A DNA stretch of 64,000 nucleotides from Arenicellales bacterium (GCA_965200545.1 CBDAUJ010000001.1:175641-239640), one strand, 5' to 3'; shown: positions 49,520-59,136, counted from the first letter of the stretch. Notes: generated by a model not told the origin, from the sequence alone. Translations and numbers: made by a program.

Positions 49520-50203
49520 TCAGCCTGTGTGCACCGTGTCGTCAGTTGAGCGGTCAATGAGTCCGAACATTCCAGAACGCGACATTTTTGGCAGCATCGC
49601 AGCACTCTCAAGTATTGAGACTGGAATCTCAACGCTTTCAAAACATTGGAACAGTCCCGCCTGATCATGCAAATCCCATTGGAATTTCTGGCCGTCGATT
49701 CGATAAGAGTACCCGGGCCCCAGTCTGCGGGTAATTCGAAAGCCGGCGGCTTTCGCCCATGTGCGCAAAATCAGAACAAATTGTTTCGTGACATCTTCAA
49801 CACCCAGCCATGCGGCGGATTCAAGAAACATCGCTTCGACTAACCTGTCGTTTTCCATCCAGTCGCTTGCGAGCTCGTCGATTTGCTCGCCAACAGTCAG
49901 TGCGAATACAACAGCCTGCTTTGCGCCCGCCAGATACCGATGAAAAATGGGGCTGGTTAGGTCAATGCCATGATGCAGGGTGAGTGTATTTTCGGTCAGT
50001 TTGCTGATCTTGATGATGCGGTAGCTTATCGAAGGTTGCGTGGAATGAATGAACCCCTCAATTGCGCTTTGTGCTGCTGCACGTACCGCGCGGCGAACGC
50101 GGTCGGGGTCCTTATAGCCGTACATTTTCAGGACCTTCTCAATTTTTGGCTTGGGCTTGTCCAATGACAAAACCTCGACTTCATTGACTTTCAGAATCGT
50201 CAT
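49520..50203 (-). CDS. Stand-alone protein resembling the MetH reactivation (B12-dependent methionine synthase activation) domain
   Basis: 227 aa with the characteristic ..RLGPGYS...W.L.DQ..LF.. block. It lies adjacent to a MetF-like gene. Confidence 0.6.
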   Translation of the reverse strand: MTILKVNEVEVLSLDKPKPKIEKVLKMYGYKDPDRVRRAVRAAAQSAIEGFIHSTQPSISYRIIKISKLTENTLTLHHGIDLTSPIFHRYLAGAKQAVVFALTVGEQIDELASDWMENDRLVEAMFLESAAWLGVEDVTKQFVLILRTWAKAAGFRITRRLGPGYSYRIDGQKFQWDLHDQAGLFQCFESVEIPVSILESAAMLPKMSRSGMFGLIDRSTDDTVHTG

Positions 50204-50233
50204 GGTGCCAGGCCTCCCGGGTCATTGCCTAGT

Positions 50234-51151
50234 TCAGACTGGTTCGCATCGCAACGAGGCGGTATCGGATGCAGCGAGGCAGCTCAGCCGATACTGTTCG
50301 ATCCATTCGACGGATTTTTGCAGCCCGCCAAGTGGAAAAACATGAATTTTTTCAATTTGACTGTCTGGATTGCTCAGGCAGTAAACAGTCAGGTCATCCA
50401 AGATTTTTTGCGGTGTTGATTGGGTCAGCAGCTTGGTCGACCGCAGAGCTTGCTTTTTCAGGTATTGCACGGAATTGCCGATGCCGCAGTTCGCCGCATG
50501 CTTGAGCAGCGATGCCACAGAGGCAACACCTGGAATGCCAATATGTATCGGCAATTCATTGCCAGCATCCAACAGTTTTTGCTGCCACTGAATCACGGGT
50601 TCAGCCGCGAAACAAAACTGGGTGACAAGGTGAATCTGTGCGTCGGTTCGCTCAGCAAATTGCTGTTTCCACCGAAGCGCAGCGTCTATCGACTCGGCTG
50701 AGATATCGGGACTGCCCTCCGGGTGGCCGGCGATGCCGATGCGCTTGATTCCGAATTGGTCGAACAGGCCGGTTTCGAGCAGCTGCATTGTGTTGTCGAA
50801 TTCGCCAAGAGCGCATGGCGCGCCGCCCGCGATGGCCAGCACCTGGGTACCGCCGCAGTCGTCTCGAAAACGAAGCAGCGAGTCAGACAGCTGTTTCCGG
50901 TTTCGAATATGGCGGGCGGCATAATGGGGAGTGGGGTTGAAACCCTCGTGCCGCAAGCGTTCGCAGACGTTCAGGGTGTCGGCAATCGCTGAGTCCGGCA
51001 GGAGCGTGACGTAAACATTCGTTCCGGGTCGCAGAAGGCATCTGTAATCGGGAATTTTTGTTGCTGCCCTGGGTGTGGTCTCGACCGAGTAATCCTGCAG
51101 AAACTGTTCCCACGGATGCATCTGATAATGGGTCAATGCTGTGATCCTCAA
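50234..51151 (-). CDS. Methylenetetrahydrofolate reductase family protein (MetF-like)
   Basis: 305 aa. The N-terminus reads ..YSVETTPR and the TIM-barrel blocks ..QVLAIAGG.. and ..IGIAGHPEG.. are present. Confidence 0.7.
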   Translation of the reverse strand: MRITALTHYQMHPWEQFLQDYSVETTPRAATKIPDYRCLLRPGTNVYVTLLPDSAIADTLNVCERLRHEGFNPTPHYAARHIRNRKQLSDSLLRFRDDCGGTQVLAIAGGAPCALGEFDNTMQLLETGLFDQFGIKRIGIAGHPEGSPDISAESIDAALRWKQQFAERTDAQIHLVTQFCFAAEPVIQWQQKLLDAGNELPIHIGIPGVASVASLLKHAANCGIGNSVQYLKKQALRSTKLLTQSTPQKILDDLTVYCLSNPDSQIEKIHVFPLGGLQKSVEWIEQYRLSCLAASDTASLRCEPV

Positions 51152-51628
51152 AACGGAAGTGAGCGTTCAAATATGCGGTTGAGAATTCGGTGTTCAGCCA
51201 GTGCCTGACAGTGAGGCTTCTCAGGGGCGGAATTATAGAGATACACTCATAGTTTGAGCTCGAAAATTAAAGCCTTCAGACAATTTGCTCGGCATTCCGT
51301 TCGGTTTGCCGCCAGCGCCATTATTCATCGCATTCGTTGCGCTCAGGCGCTGATCAAAGCGTGCCTGCGCCCGCCGATCCGCACACCGCCTCACTCTAGT
51401 GGAAATGCACCGGGGCCAGGTCCGCATCGAATTGCGGATATGGCTTGCTTTCGCATGATGCCATGTGCGCAATTTCTCAATTGCAAAACGCAATGCATTA
51501 TCATTTTACGCTGGCAGCGCCGCAGTTCCGGTGTCGATTTTCTGCGGCGCAGGCGGCAGGCTGACCATTGTTTCGCGCAGAAAATCGAATGCGCATCAGT
51601 CCCAATTGATCACGAACGCTGAAGCAAA

Positions 51629-51922
51629 ATGACAATGGCAAAAGTAACCATACTTTACTGGCAAGATATTCCCTCAGTCGTCGAGGCGCGCGATAGCGAT
51701 GGGGTCCACAAAGAACTGCTGAGTGACCAGTTTCAAGAACTGATTGATCACATCGCGATGCGACAGAAATTGCACGGCACCGATCAATACCTTGAGCAAT
51801 GGAAAAAGTGTCGGCCTTATCGGGTCGAGGGTTCTGCCAAGGAAGCCGCAGCATCAATTGCCGCTGATTTCGAAGAGCGGTACCAAGAAATCCGACAGGA
51901 ACAGCTTGCTAAAGCGGTCTGA
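51629..51922 (+). CDS. Small protein of the so-called virulence-factor family that accompanies corrinoid/THF methyltransferase clusters
   Basis: 97 aa reading VTILYWQDIPSVVEAR....HKELLSDQFQELIDHIAM......GTDQYLEQWKK. This matches my recollection of that family's consensus. It overlaps the next, convergent gene by 14 nt. Confidence 0.6.
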   Translation: MTMAKVTILYWQDIPSVVEARDSDGVHKELLSDQFQELIDHIAMRQKLHGTDQYLEQWKKCRPYRVEGSAKEAAASIAADFEERYQEIRQEQLAKAV

Positions 51923-53198
51923 CAAGTCTCGCTGGGTCGCAGTAAATCGCACGGAAGTCATTGACGTTTGTCAGGGTGGGTCCAGTCATGATCAGATCGT
52001 CAAGCGCGCTGAAAAAACTGTAGGTGTCGTTGTTCTCCAGAAACTGCCGTGGATTTAGATTTTTTGCGCGCGCCTGCGCCAGCGTCTGCTCATGAATGAG
52101 TGCGCCCGCATTGTCTTCAGAACCGTCAATGCCATCAGTGTCGCAGGCCAGGGCGCAAATCCCCGAGAGATCCCCAAGCTCAAGCGCCAATGCAAGCGCG
52201 AACTCGGTATTCGGCCCCCCTTTGCCGCAGCCGCGGACCGCAACTGTCGTTTCGCCGCCGGATACAATGATGAACGGCTTCCGATTGGTTCGCTGGGCTG
52301 CCGTGCGGCGCAGAAAACGGACGTGATCCTGCGCCGCCTGTTTTGAGTCAGCGGTGACTGCATCGCTCAGCAGAATCGCTTCAATGCCCGCTTGCTCGGC
52401 TGCCGCGACGGCGGCTTGCAGACAGTCGCCGGCGCTCGCAATCATGATCGCCTCGGCGTGTTCGAAGATCGGACTGTCTGGCTTGGGGGTTTCCAGTTGG
52501 CCGCTGCGCAGCAACCGCTCGATGGTCGTGCTGGCGCGGATGTCATACTCGCGCAGGATATCGAGCGCATCCGCGCAGGTGGTCGAATCGGCAACCGTGG
52601 GTCCGGACCCGATCACCGAGACATCGTCGTGGACAACATCGGAAATATAGAAAGTCAGCGTGGGCGCCGGATAGAGTTTTTCCATCAGCCGTCCGCCTTT
52701 GACCGCGGAAAGATGTTTGCGAACGCAGTTAATCTCTTGAATGCTGGCGCCGGAAAGAATCAGCTGCTGATGAATTTTCTTTTTGTCGGCAAAACTGATC
52801 GCTGGGTGCGGCAGGGTCAGCAAAGCGGATGCGCCGCCTGATATCAGGCACACCGCTTGTGTGTCCGCCTCAATCGAGGCCGCGGTTTCCAGCATTTTAT
52901 GCGCCGCGGCGAGACCGGCATCATCAGGAATTGGATGGGCGGCTTCAATGATTTCAATGTGCCGACACGCGGTGCCATGACCGTAGCGGGTGATGCTTCG
53001 GCCGCTGATTGCACCGTCAAAATGATCTTCAATTGACTTGGCCATGGCCGCTGCGGCTTTGCCGGCGCCGAGGACCGCAATCTTATCTTTCGATATCCGG
53101 TCCAGATGCGGAGGCAGACAGTAATCTGCCAGACCGCGCTTGACGGCGGTATGGTAGAGGTGCCTGAGCAGTGCGGAAGGCTGTTGTGTCGGATTCAT
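51909..53198 (-). CDS. Glycerate 2-kinase / hydroxypyruvate-reductase-like (DUF4147 + MOFRL)
   Basis: Family blocks are present (VLGAGKAAAAMA, EAAHPIPD, CLISGGASALL, SGGETTV...GKGG.N.EF, TDGIDG). The ATG is at 53198; a GTG at 53261 is also possible. Confidence 0.85.
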   Translation of the reverse strand: MNPTQQPSALLRHLYHTAVKRGLADYCLPPHLDRISKDKIAVLGAGKAAAAMAKSIEDHFDGAISGRSITRYGHGTACRHIEIIEAAHPIPDDAGLAAAHKMLETAASIEADTQAVCLISGGASALLTLPHPAISFADKKKIHQQLILSGASIQEINCVRKHLSAVKGGRLMEKLYPAPTLTFYISDVVHDDVSVIGSGPTVADSTTCADALDILREYDIRASTTIERLLRSGQLETPKPDSPIFEHAEAIMIASAGDCLQAAVAAAEQAGIEAILLSDAVTADSKQAAQDHVRFLRRTAAQRTNRKPFIIVSGGETTVAVRGCGKGGPNTEFALALALELGDLSGICALACDTDGIDGSEDNAGALIHEQTLAQARAKNLNPRQFLENNDTYSFFSALDDLIMTGPTLTNVNDFRAIYCDPARLVRPL

Positions 53199-53352
53199 CG
53201 GGCGGATCAGGTCATCATTTGCGGCGGACTGCCGGAGTGTCCTGCGCGCGCTCTTTCGCACTACAAAATGATCGCAAGTATGGCGGTTTGCATATATACT
53301 ACGCCAAGAGGCAGCGGACGCTGCGCTATGATAAAAAATCTAGGGGTGACAA

Positions 53353-54831
53353 ATGGATTCTACAGATCTTGAACGCCATGTCAATCAGCATGGTCGCGGT
53401 GATTTGGTCAAGCAAGTGCGTGAGAAAATCAACGAATTGGGCATTGACTATATCTACTATCAATTCATCTCGGTGACCGGACGCATTGTCGGCAAAGGAG
53501 TCCCGGCCGACCATTGGGAGACAATCGCAAGTCGCGGATTCCAGCTGGTCTATGGATCGACTGCAAACCTGTTCATTGATCGCCACGGCGACTACATCGG
53601 ATATGGTCCCCAAGCCATGGAACTGGTCGGAATTCCAGATCCCGAAACTTTCTGCCAGCTGCCGTGGGACAAGCGCGTTGCGCGGGTGTACTGCACTTGC
53701 TTCCGCAACCGCGAGGAGCGTGACAACCCCGGCGGGCATCTGACTTCGGATTGTCGGGGCAACTTGCGAATTATCCACGATGAATTTCAGCAAGCGCACG
53801 ACGGCTTGCATCTGCGTCATGGCATGGAGCCGGAGATGATGTGGCTCAAGCGCGGTGCAGATGGGAAGCCGGATGGCGGATTTTCTGAGCCTTACTGCTA
53901 TCACATTGACCAGTTTGAAAGCCTGCGCCCGGTGTTCATGAAAGTGATCGAATATTCTCGATCCATGGGACTGGATATGATTCAAGGCGATCACGAGGAT
54001 GCTCCGGGGCAGCTGGAGCTGAATTTCACTTATGATGAGGCGCTGCGGACCTGCGACCGCCTGTCGACCTATCGGCAGATCTGTGCGCAGGTCGCGCGTG
54101 AACACGACTTGATTGCCTGTTTCATGACCAAGCCGTTTATGGGCGTTTCAGCAAGCGGCTGCCATACCAATATGTCACTGTGGAGAGGCGGCGAGGATGC
54201 CGTCAACCGACTCGGCAACGATGATGGGCTCAAGGGCTTGGAAGGTGTCTATCAGTACCGTGGCGGCGGCGAGAACTTTTTTATGCCGGATACCGATGAC
54301 CCGCAGATGCCGGGCAAGGTCGGACTGCAAGCCGTTGCCGGTGTCATGAAGCATCTTGATGCGCTGACCGCACTCGGCTGCTCGACGGTGAATTCCTATC
54401 GACGGCTGTGGGATACCGGATTCTGGGCGCCGGTCTATAAAGACTGGGGCTATCAGAACCGCACCACCGCGCTTCGAATATCGGCGCCGGGCCGCTTTGA
54501 GTTCAGGGCGGTCGACTCCATGGTGAATCCATATTTGCTCTGCGCGGGCTTGCTCAAGTCGTTTGACGATGGCATCGTCAACGATCTTGACCCGGGCAAA
54601 CCCGAAGGCCGCAACATCTACGAAGCCATGGAAGCCGGCAAGCAAGTGACCAAACTGCCAATGTCGCTCGGCGAGGCGCTTGCGGCGCTCAGGCAGGACG
54701 AAGTTGTGATGTCGGCGCTGCCCGATGAGATGGGCAAAGTGTTTTTGCACTACAAGGAAGACGAATGGGCCAAGTTCATGGCAACCGTGACCGATTGGGA
54801 CTTGGACACTTATCTTGACTGTTTGCCCTGA
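53353..54831 (+). CDS. Glutamine-synthetase-family enzyme (type III GlnT / gamma-glutamyl-alkylamide synthetase-like)
   Basis: GS catalytic blocks (GMEPEMMW, QGDHEDAPGQLELNF, FMTKPF.G.SASGCHTN.SLW, NSYRRL, R.SAPGRFEFR..DS..NPYL). It is followed by three glutamate-synthase-like subunit genes. Confidence 0.85.
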   Translation: MDSTDLERHVNQHGRGDLVKQVREKINELGIDYIYYQFISVTGRIVGKGVPADHWETIASRGFQLVYGSTANLFIDRHGDYIGYGPQAMELVGIPDPETFCQLPWDKRVARVYCTCFRNREERDNPGGHLTSDCRGNLRIIHDEFQQAHDGLHLRHGMEPEMMWLKRGADGKPDGGFSEPYCYHIDQFESLRPVFMKVIEYSRSMGLDMIQGDHEDAPGQLELNFTYDEALRTCDRLSTYRQICAQVAREHDLIACFMTKPFMGVSASGCHTNMSLWRGGEDAVNRLGNDDGLKGLEGVYQYRGGGENFFMPDTDDPQMPGKVGLQAVAGVMKHLDALTALGCSTVNSYRRLWDTGFWAPVYKDWGYQNRTTALRISAPGRFEFRAVDSMVNPYLLCAGLLKSFDDGIVNDLDPGKPEGRNIYEAMEAGKQVTKLPMSLGEALAALRQDEVVMSALPDEMGKVFLHYKEDEWAKFMATVTDWDLDTYLDCLP

Positions 54832-54843
54832 GGAATTTTCGAT

Positions 54844-55788
54844 ATGTGTGGAATTGCTGGACTGATTCATCGAGGCAAGACAGCCAAGATCGGCGAAGAG
54901 CTGCTCTCGATGCTGCAATCACTCAAGCATCGTGGACCGGATTCGACGGGGCTGGCGATGTATGGCGCCCCCGCTAATGCGGGCGGGAATGAGTACGTGA
55001 TGCGTTTCAAGGTGGCTGAAGGCGCCGAATTGTCAACAGGATTTAAAATCTACGAGGAGATTAAAGAGCGCATTGCTGAGGTGCGCAGTCGCCTTGTGGA
55101 CAGCGGCGCCGAAGTGTCAGATGAGCAGACGGTGACCGAATATGCGCTGCGCTGTCGGTTTAAGTTCAGCGGCGACCTGCGCCGGTTGGCGGATTACCTT
55201 GAGGATGTGCCGGGGGTTGAAATTCTGTCCATTGGCAGCGCACTGGAGCTGATTAAGGATCTGGGTGATGCGCAAGCTGTTGGCGAGCAGTATCAGCTGA
55301 GTTCTTTTGTCGGGACGCATGCCATTGGACATACGCGCATGGCAACTGAATCGGATGTTGATATCCGTTCCGCGCATCCTTACTGGGCGTATCCTTTTTT
55401 GGATGTGTCGGTGGTGCATAATGGACAGTTGACCAATTACTGGAATTCGCGGCGGGCGCTTGAGCGCAAGGGACATCGTTTCATGTCCAACTGTGATTCC
55501 GAACTGATTGCGGTTTATCTGGCCGACGCGATGGACCGCGGTGACGATCTGGAAGAGTCAATGAATCGTTCGCTGCGGGAACTGGACGGCGTATTCACCT
55601 ATGTTGTCGCCTCGCAGAATCAATTGGGAATGGCCAAAGACTACATGGCAGCGAAGCCGATGGTTCTTTATGAGTCCGATGAATTTGTGGCCTTGGCTTC
55701 TGAAGAAGTTGCCATCCGCAGCGTTTTTCCACATGAAATAGATACATTTGATCCGTATGAAGGGGAGGTTCGAGTATGGCAGAGCTAA
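54844..55788 (+). CDS. Class II (Ntn) glutamine amidotransferase subunit (GlxB/MgsA-like)
   Basis: The N-terminus MCGIAGLI has the catalytic Cys2. The protein is 314 aa, and its stop overlaps the next start by 13 nt. Confidence 0.85.
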   Translation: MCGIAGLIHRGKTAKIGEELLSMLQSLKHRGPDSTGLAMYGAPANAGGNEYVMRFKVAEGAELSTGFKIYEEIKERIAEVRSRLVDSGAEVSDEQTVTEYALRCRFKFSGDLRRLADYLEDVPGVEILSIGSALELIKDLGDAQAVGEQYQLSSFVGTHAIGHTRMATESDVDIRSAHPYWAYPFLDVSVVHNGQLTNYWNSRRALERKGHRFMSNCDSELIAVYLADAMDRGDDLEESMNRSLRELDGVFTYVVASQNQLGMAKDYMAAKPMVLYESDEFVALASEEVAIRSVFPHEIDTFDPYEGEVRVWQS

Positions 55789-56606
55789 AGTCAATGAGCT
55801 CAATGCATGCGGAAAAGCTGACCGGCCGGACGCAGCAGCGGTTCTTCTCTGTCGCCGATACGGACCGGCTGGCATCGCCGCAGTCCATCGAGGTCGATTT
55901 CGGCAACGCTGCGCAATTCGATGCGGCCAGCCTCACGGTGCGTGAGATCAATCAGCAGATTGCCGTCTTGATGCAAGCTGGCCATGGCACGATTACAGTG
56001 CGCAATCCGGGGGCGAGACATTCACTGGCAGTTGGCATACTGAGTCGACTGAACCTGAATTTTGAGGGCAGTCTGGGTTATTTCGGCTGCGGACTGATTG
56101 ATGGCCCCAACATTCGAATTTCAGGCAGAGTTGGATGGTCTTGCGCTGAAAATATGATGAGCGGAACCGTTGTCATTGAAAAGAATGCGGGATCAACTTT
56201 TGGAGCGGCTATTCGCGGCGGCGATCTCGTTTGCAAGTCAGATGTCGGGTCGCGCACGGGCATTGACATGAAAGGCGGCACCATTATTGTGGGCGGCAGA
56301 ACCGGTGCGTTCAGCGGATTTATGATGCAGCGTGGACGCATGATCATCTTGGGTGATGCGGGCCCCAACCTGGGTGATTCCATGTATGATGGCATTATCT
56401 ATGTGGGTGGCAAGATCCAGGGGCTTGGGGTTGATGCGGTCGATGCCGAGATGACGGAACTCGAATGCCAGTGGGTTGAGCGCAAGCTCGCGCTCTATGG
56501 GTTGGAAGCGCCGAATGGCGCTGCCAATCTGCGCAAGATAGAATCGGGCAAACAGTTGTGGAATTATGACAACTTGGAGCCGACAGAAAAGAAACTCGTA
56601 CTTTGA
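55776..56606 (+). CDS. GXGXG-motif subunit (glutamate synthase alpha C-terminal-domain-like; GlxC/MgsB-like)
   Basis: Beta-helix repeats with G.G.. motifs (GYFGCGLIDGPNIRISGRVGWSCAENMMSGTVVIEKNAGSTFGAAIRGGDLV...). Confidence 0.85.
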   Translation: MAELKSMSSMHAEKLTGRTQQRFFSVADTDRLASPQSIEVDFGNAAQFDAASLTVREINQQIAVLMQAGHGTITVRNPGARHSLAVGILSRLNLNFEGSLGYFGCGLIDGPNIRISGRVGWSCAENMMSGTVVIEKNAGSTFGAAIRGGDLVCKSDVGSRTGIDMKGGTIIVGGRTGAFSGFMMQRGRMIILGDAGPNLGDSMYDGIIYVGGKIQGLGVDAVDAEMTELECQWVERKLALYGLEAPNGAANLRKIESGKQLWNYDNLEPTEKKLVL

Positions 56607-56619
56607 TGGATTGACGAAA

Positions 56620-57993
56620 ATGGAACCGAACAAAAAAACAGCGCCGCCGGGACCGCCGCGAGTGACGCGCAACGTGAGCGGGCTTGGCCAAAGTTCAATA
56701 TTCCCGACCGAGGTGATCGATGATATTCATATCAAGTCGGAACTTGGGCGCTATCGAATGCGCGGATTCTCACTGTTTAAGAAGATTCCGACGTTTGAAG
56801 ATCTGACTTTTTTGCCAGGAACGCTGACGCGATTTGTCATCGAAGGCTATCGCGAGCGCTGTGAAACCAAAACAGTGCTGGGGCCAAGGGCGCAAAAGCC
56901 GCTGGTCTTGGATATTCCAGTTTACATCACTGGCATGAGCTTTGGCGCACTGTCGTATGAGGCGAAGACCGCCCTGGCTCGAGGCGCGACGATGGCAGGA
57001 ACTGCGACCTGCTCCGGTGAGGGCGGCATGATCCCAGATGAGAGACGCTATTCGATCAAATGGTTTTATCAATGTATCCAGTCCCGCTACGGTTTCAATC
57101 CGCATCATTTGCGGCTGGCAGACGCCTGTGAATTCTTTATCGGGCAAGGCTGCAAAGTTGGACTGGGCGGTCATTTGATGGGGCAGAAAGTGACTGATCA
57201 AGTTGCTGAAATGCGCTCCTTGCCGGCCGGTATCGATCAGCGCTCCCCGGCGCGTCATCCTGACTGGCTTGGTCCCGATGATCTGGCATTGAAGATCGAG
57301 GAAATCCGTGAGGCCACTGATTGGCAGATTCCAATTCAGCTCAAGCTAGGCGCTGCCCGTGTTTACGATGATGTACGCATGGCGGCAAAAACGGATCCGG
57401 ACATGATTTACATCGACGGCATGGAAGGATCGACCGGTGCGGGACCGCATTTGGCAACGGAGGAGACCGGAGTGCCTGGAATTGCTGCAATTCGCCAGGC
57501 GCGCAAGGCGCTCGACGATGTTGGAAAGACTGGCGATATCTCTTTGATTTATGCTGGCGGCATTCGCAATGGCGGCGATATCGCCAAAGCGCTGGCGCTT
57601 GGCGCAGATGCCGTGGCAATCGGACATGCCTCGCTCATGGCACTGAATTGCAACAAGGCGATTCCAGAGGCGGACTTCGAGGCTGAAATCGGTGTGGAGG
57701 CGGGTTACTGCTATCACTGCCATACCGGACGCTGTCCGGTCGGTGTTGCGACGCAGGATCCGGAACTTCGAAAGCGTCTGAATCCCGACGATGCGGCTGA
57801 GCGGGTTTACAATTTCCTGCATACACTGGCTATTGAGTGTCAGATGATGGCGCGAGCCTGCGGCAAAACTGATGTGCATTCGCTTGAGCCTGAGGATTTG
57901 GCCGCATTGACGATGGAAGCATCTGCGATGGCGATGGTGCCGCTTGCCGGGACTCAGCATACGGTCGGCAGACCTGACATGACGCGTTACTGA
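56620..57993 (+). CDS. FMN-binding glutamate-synthase-family subunit (GlxD/MgsC-like)
   Basis: GltB FMN-domain blocks (ITGMSFGALS, GEGGM, QGCKVGLGGHL.G.KV, IDGMEGSTGA, IYAGGIRNGGDIAKALALGADAV). I prefer the ATG at 56620 to the upstream start at 56566. Confidence 0.88.
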   Translation: MEPNKKTAPPGPPRVTRNVSGLGQSSIFPTEVIDDIHIKSELGRYRMRGFSLFKKIPTFEDLTFLPGTLTRFVIEGYRERCETKTVLGPRAQKPLVLDIPVYITGMSFGALSYEAKTALARGATMAGTATCSGEGGMIPDERRYSIKWFYQCIQSRYGFNPHHLRLADACEFFIGQGCKVGLGGHLMGQKVTDQVAEMRSLPAGIDQRSPARHPDWLGPDDLALKIEEIREATDWQIPIQLKLGAARVYDDVRMAAKTDPDMIYIDGMEGSTGAGPHLATEETGVPGIAAIRQARKALDDVGKTGDISLIYAGGIRNGGDIAKALALGADAVAIGHASLMALNCNKAIPEADFEAEIGVEAGYCYHCHTGRCPVGVATQDPELRKRLNPDDAAERVYNFLHTLAIECQMMARACGKTDVHSLEPEDLAALTMEASAMAMVPLAGTQHTVGRPDMTRY

Positions 57994-58011
57994 AAATGAG
58001 AATCCCTGACA

Positions 58012-58410
58012 ATGAGTAAAGTTTCGAAAATCAGCGCTTCCTCGAGCAAAGGCTCGACAACAGAACGGGAGCATGAAATCGGCCAGCACATCGGTTATCG
58101 CTACGATGTCAACTTGGTTCCTGATTATGGTCGGCTTACGCCTTATCTCAAGCGCTACATTGAGTTCATGGGCTGGGATGACCTGAACTGGCTTGAAGAC
58201 GTGCATTTGGGCTATGAAGAAGGCCGGCCGGCAGTGTTTGATCGCAATATCAATGGCTGGGTGCAGGTGCCTGCCGATCTAGAGTTGCCCGACAACCAGC
58301 AAGACCGCGATATGATCGCCCGTGAGCTGCTGGTCAAGTTCCAGTCTTCATTGGATCATCCGCTTGTTGAGCTTGATGAGGAATATGGCAAAGTCAAGCG
58401 TTCAGCTTAA
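58012..58410 (+). CDS. Hypothetical acidic protein, last gene of the GlnT/GlxBCD-like cluster
   Basis: 132-aa ORF starting 18 nt after the previous stop, on the same strand. I recognise no family. Confidence 0.4.
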   Translation: MSKVSKISASSSKGSTTEREHEIGQHIGYRYDVNLVPDYGRLTPYLKRYIEFMGWDDLNWLEDVHLGYEEGRPAVFDRNINGWVQVPADLELPDNQQDRDMIARELLVKFQSSLDHPLVELDEEYGKVKRSA

Positions 58411-58577
58411 TTGAACTTCAATAGTCGGCTGGGGTATTCTCCAGTTCAGAGCGGCAGAGCAGTGCGAAAAAATACGGGCAAGTGCACTGCGATTGAAATT
58501 CGCGCCGGCATAAGACCATCCGATTGCCGGCGCTGCGCCTTGCCGCAAAAGTAGAGGAGTGGATTCCGGCCCCGTTG

Positions 58578-58621
58578 CTTACAGTCGCTATGCATAATGC
58601 TTACAGTCGCTATGCATAATT
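58578..58621. repeat. Perfect tandem duplication, 2 x 22 bp (GCTTACAGTCGCTATGCATAAT)
   Basis: Read directly: 58578-58599 is identical to 58600-58621. The repeat is intergenic. Confidence 0.95.
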
Positions 58622-58754
58622 GAGGCGGCGGCAAAGCGTTTTTTCGCTTGTCTCGAAGTCCAAGGCTTCAATGGGCTTGGAGGAAAATGACTCGTTATCA
58701 CTAGGCAATTGGCAAAATCGCCAGCTGGAATATTACTTGAATTTATATCACTAT

Positions 58755-58766
58755 ATAACTAGTTAT
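58755..58766. promoter_or_regulatory. 12-bp perfect palindrome ATAACTAGTTAT, 17 nt upstream of the ArsR-family gene; candidate autoregulatory operator
   Basis: The sequence is its own reverse complement. It lies in an AT-rich stretch that contains TATAAT-like hexamers. Confidence 0.4.
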
Positions 58767-58782
58767 TTAGTATTATAGTTGC

Positions 58783-59121
58783 ATGATTACAGCACAACAG
58801 GCATCGCAAGGGTTCTCCGCAGTCGGGTCGCCGGCAAGACTTGAAGTCTTGCGCGCGCTGGTCCGCGCTGGCCCCAGTGGTCTTTGTATCGGAGAAATCC
58901 AAAATCGGCTGCAAATACCGGCATCGACTTTAGCGCATCACCTGCGAAGCCTGGTGCAGGCGCAGCTGATTACGCAGCAAAAATCAGGACGTGAGGTGAC
59001 CAGTCGAGCGGAATTCGGCCGTATTCAGGATTTGGCTGCATATTTGCTGGAGCAGTGTTGCGACGAAGATCCCAGCTATGTCGCCTCGACAGCCTCAAGA
59101 TCTGATGTTTGTTCAATTTAA
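58783..59121 (+). CDS. ArsR/SmtB-family transcriptional regulator
   Basis: Winged-HTH blocks (PARLEVLRAL......LCIGEI...L.IPASTLAHHLR.L..A.LI...K.GREV). Confidence 0.88.
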   Translation: MITAQQASQGFSAVGSPARLEVLRALVRAGPSGLCIGEIQNRLQIPASTLAHHLRSLVQAQLITQQKSGREVTSRAEFGRIQDLAAYLLEQCCDEDPSYVASTASRSDVCSI

Positions 59122-59136
59122 TAGGGAGTGTGTCTC

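Noticed and set aside
51152-51628. Possible cobalamin, SAM or THF riboswitch in the 477-bp gap upstream of the MetF-like gene
   Set aside because: I read both strands and could not find a B12-box-like element or the conserved GCCACTG-type core of cobalamin riboswitches. I cannot evaluate the other riboswitch classes without a covariance-model scan, so I make no call.
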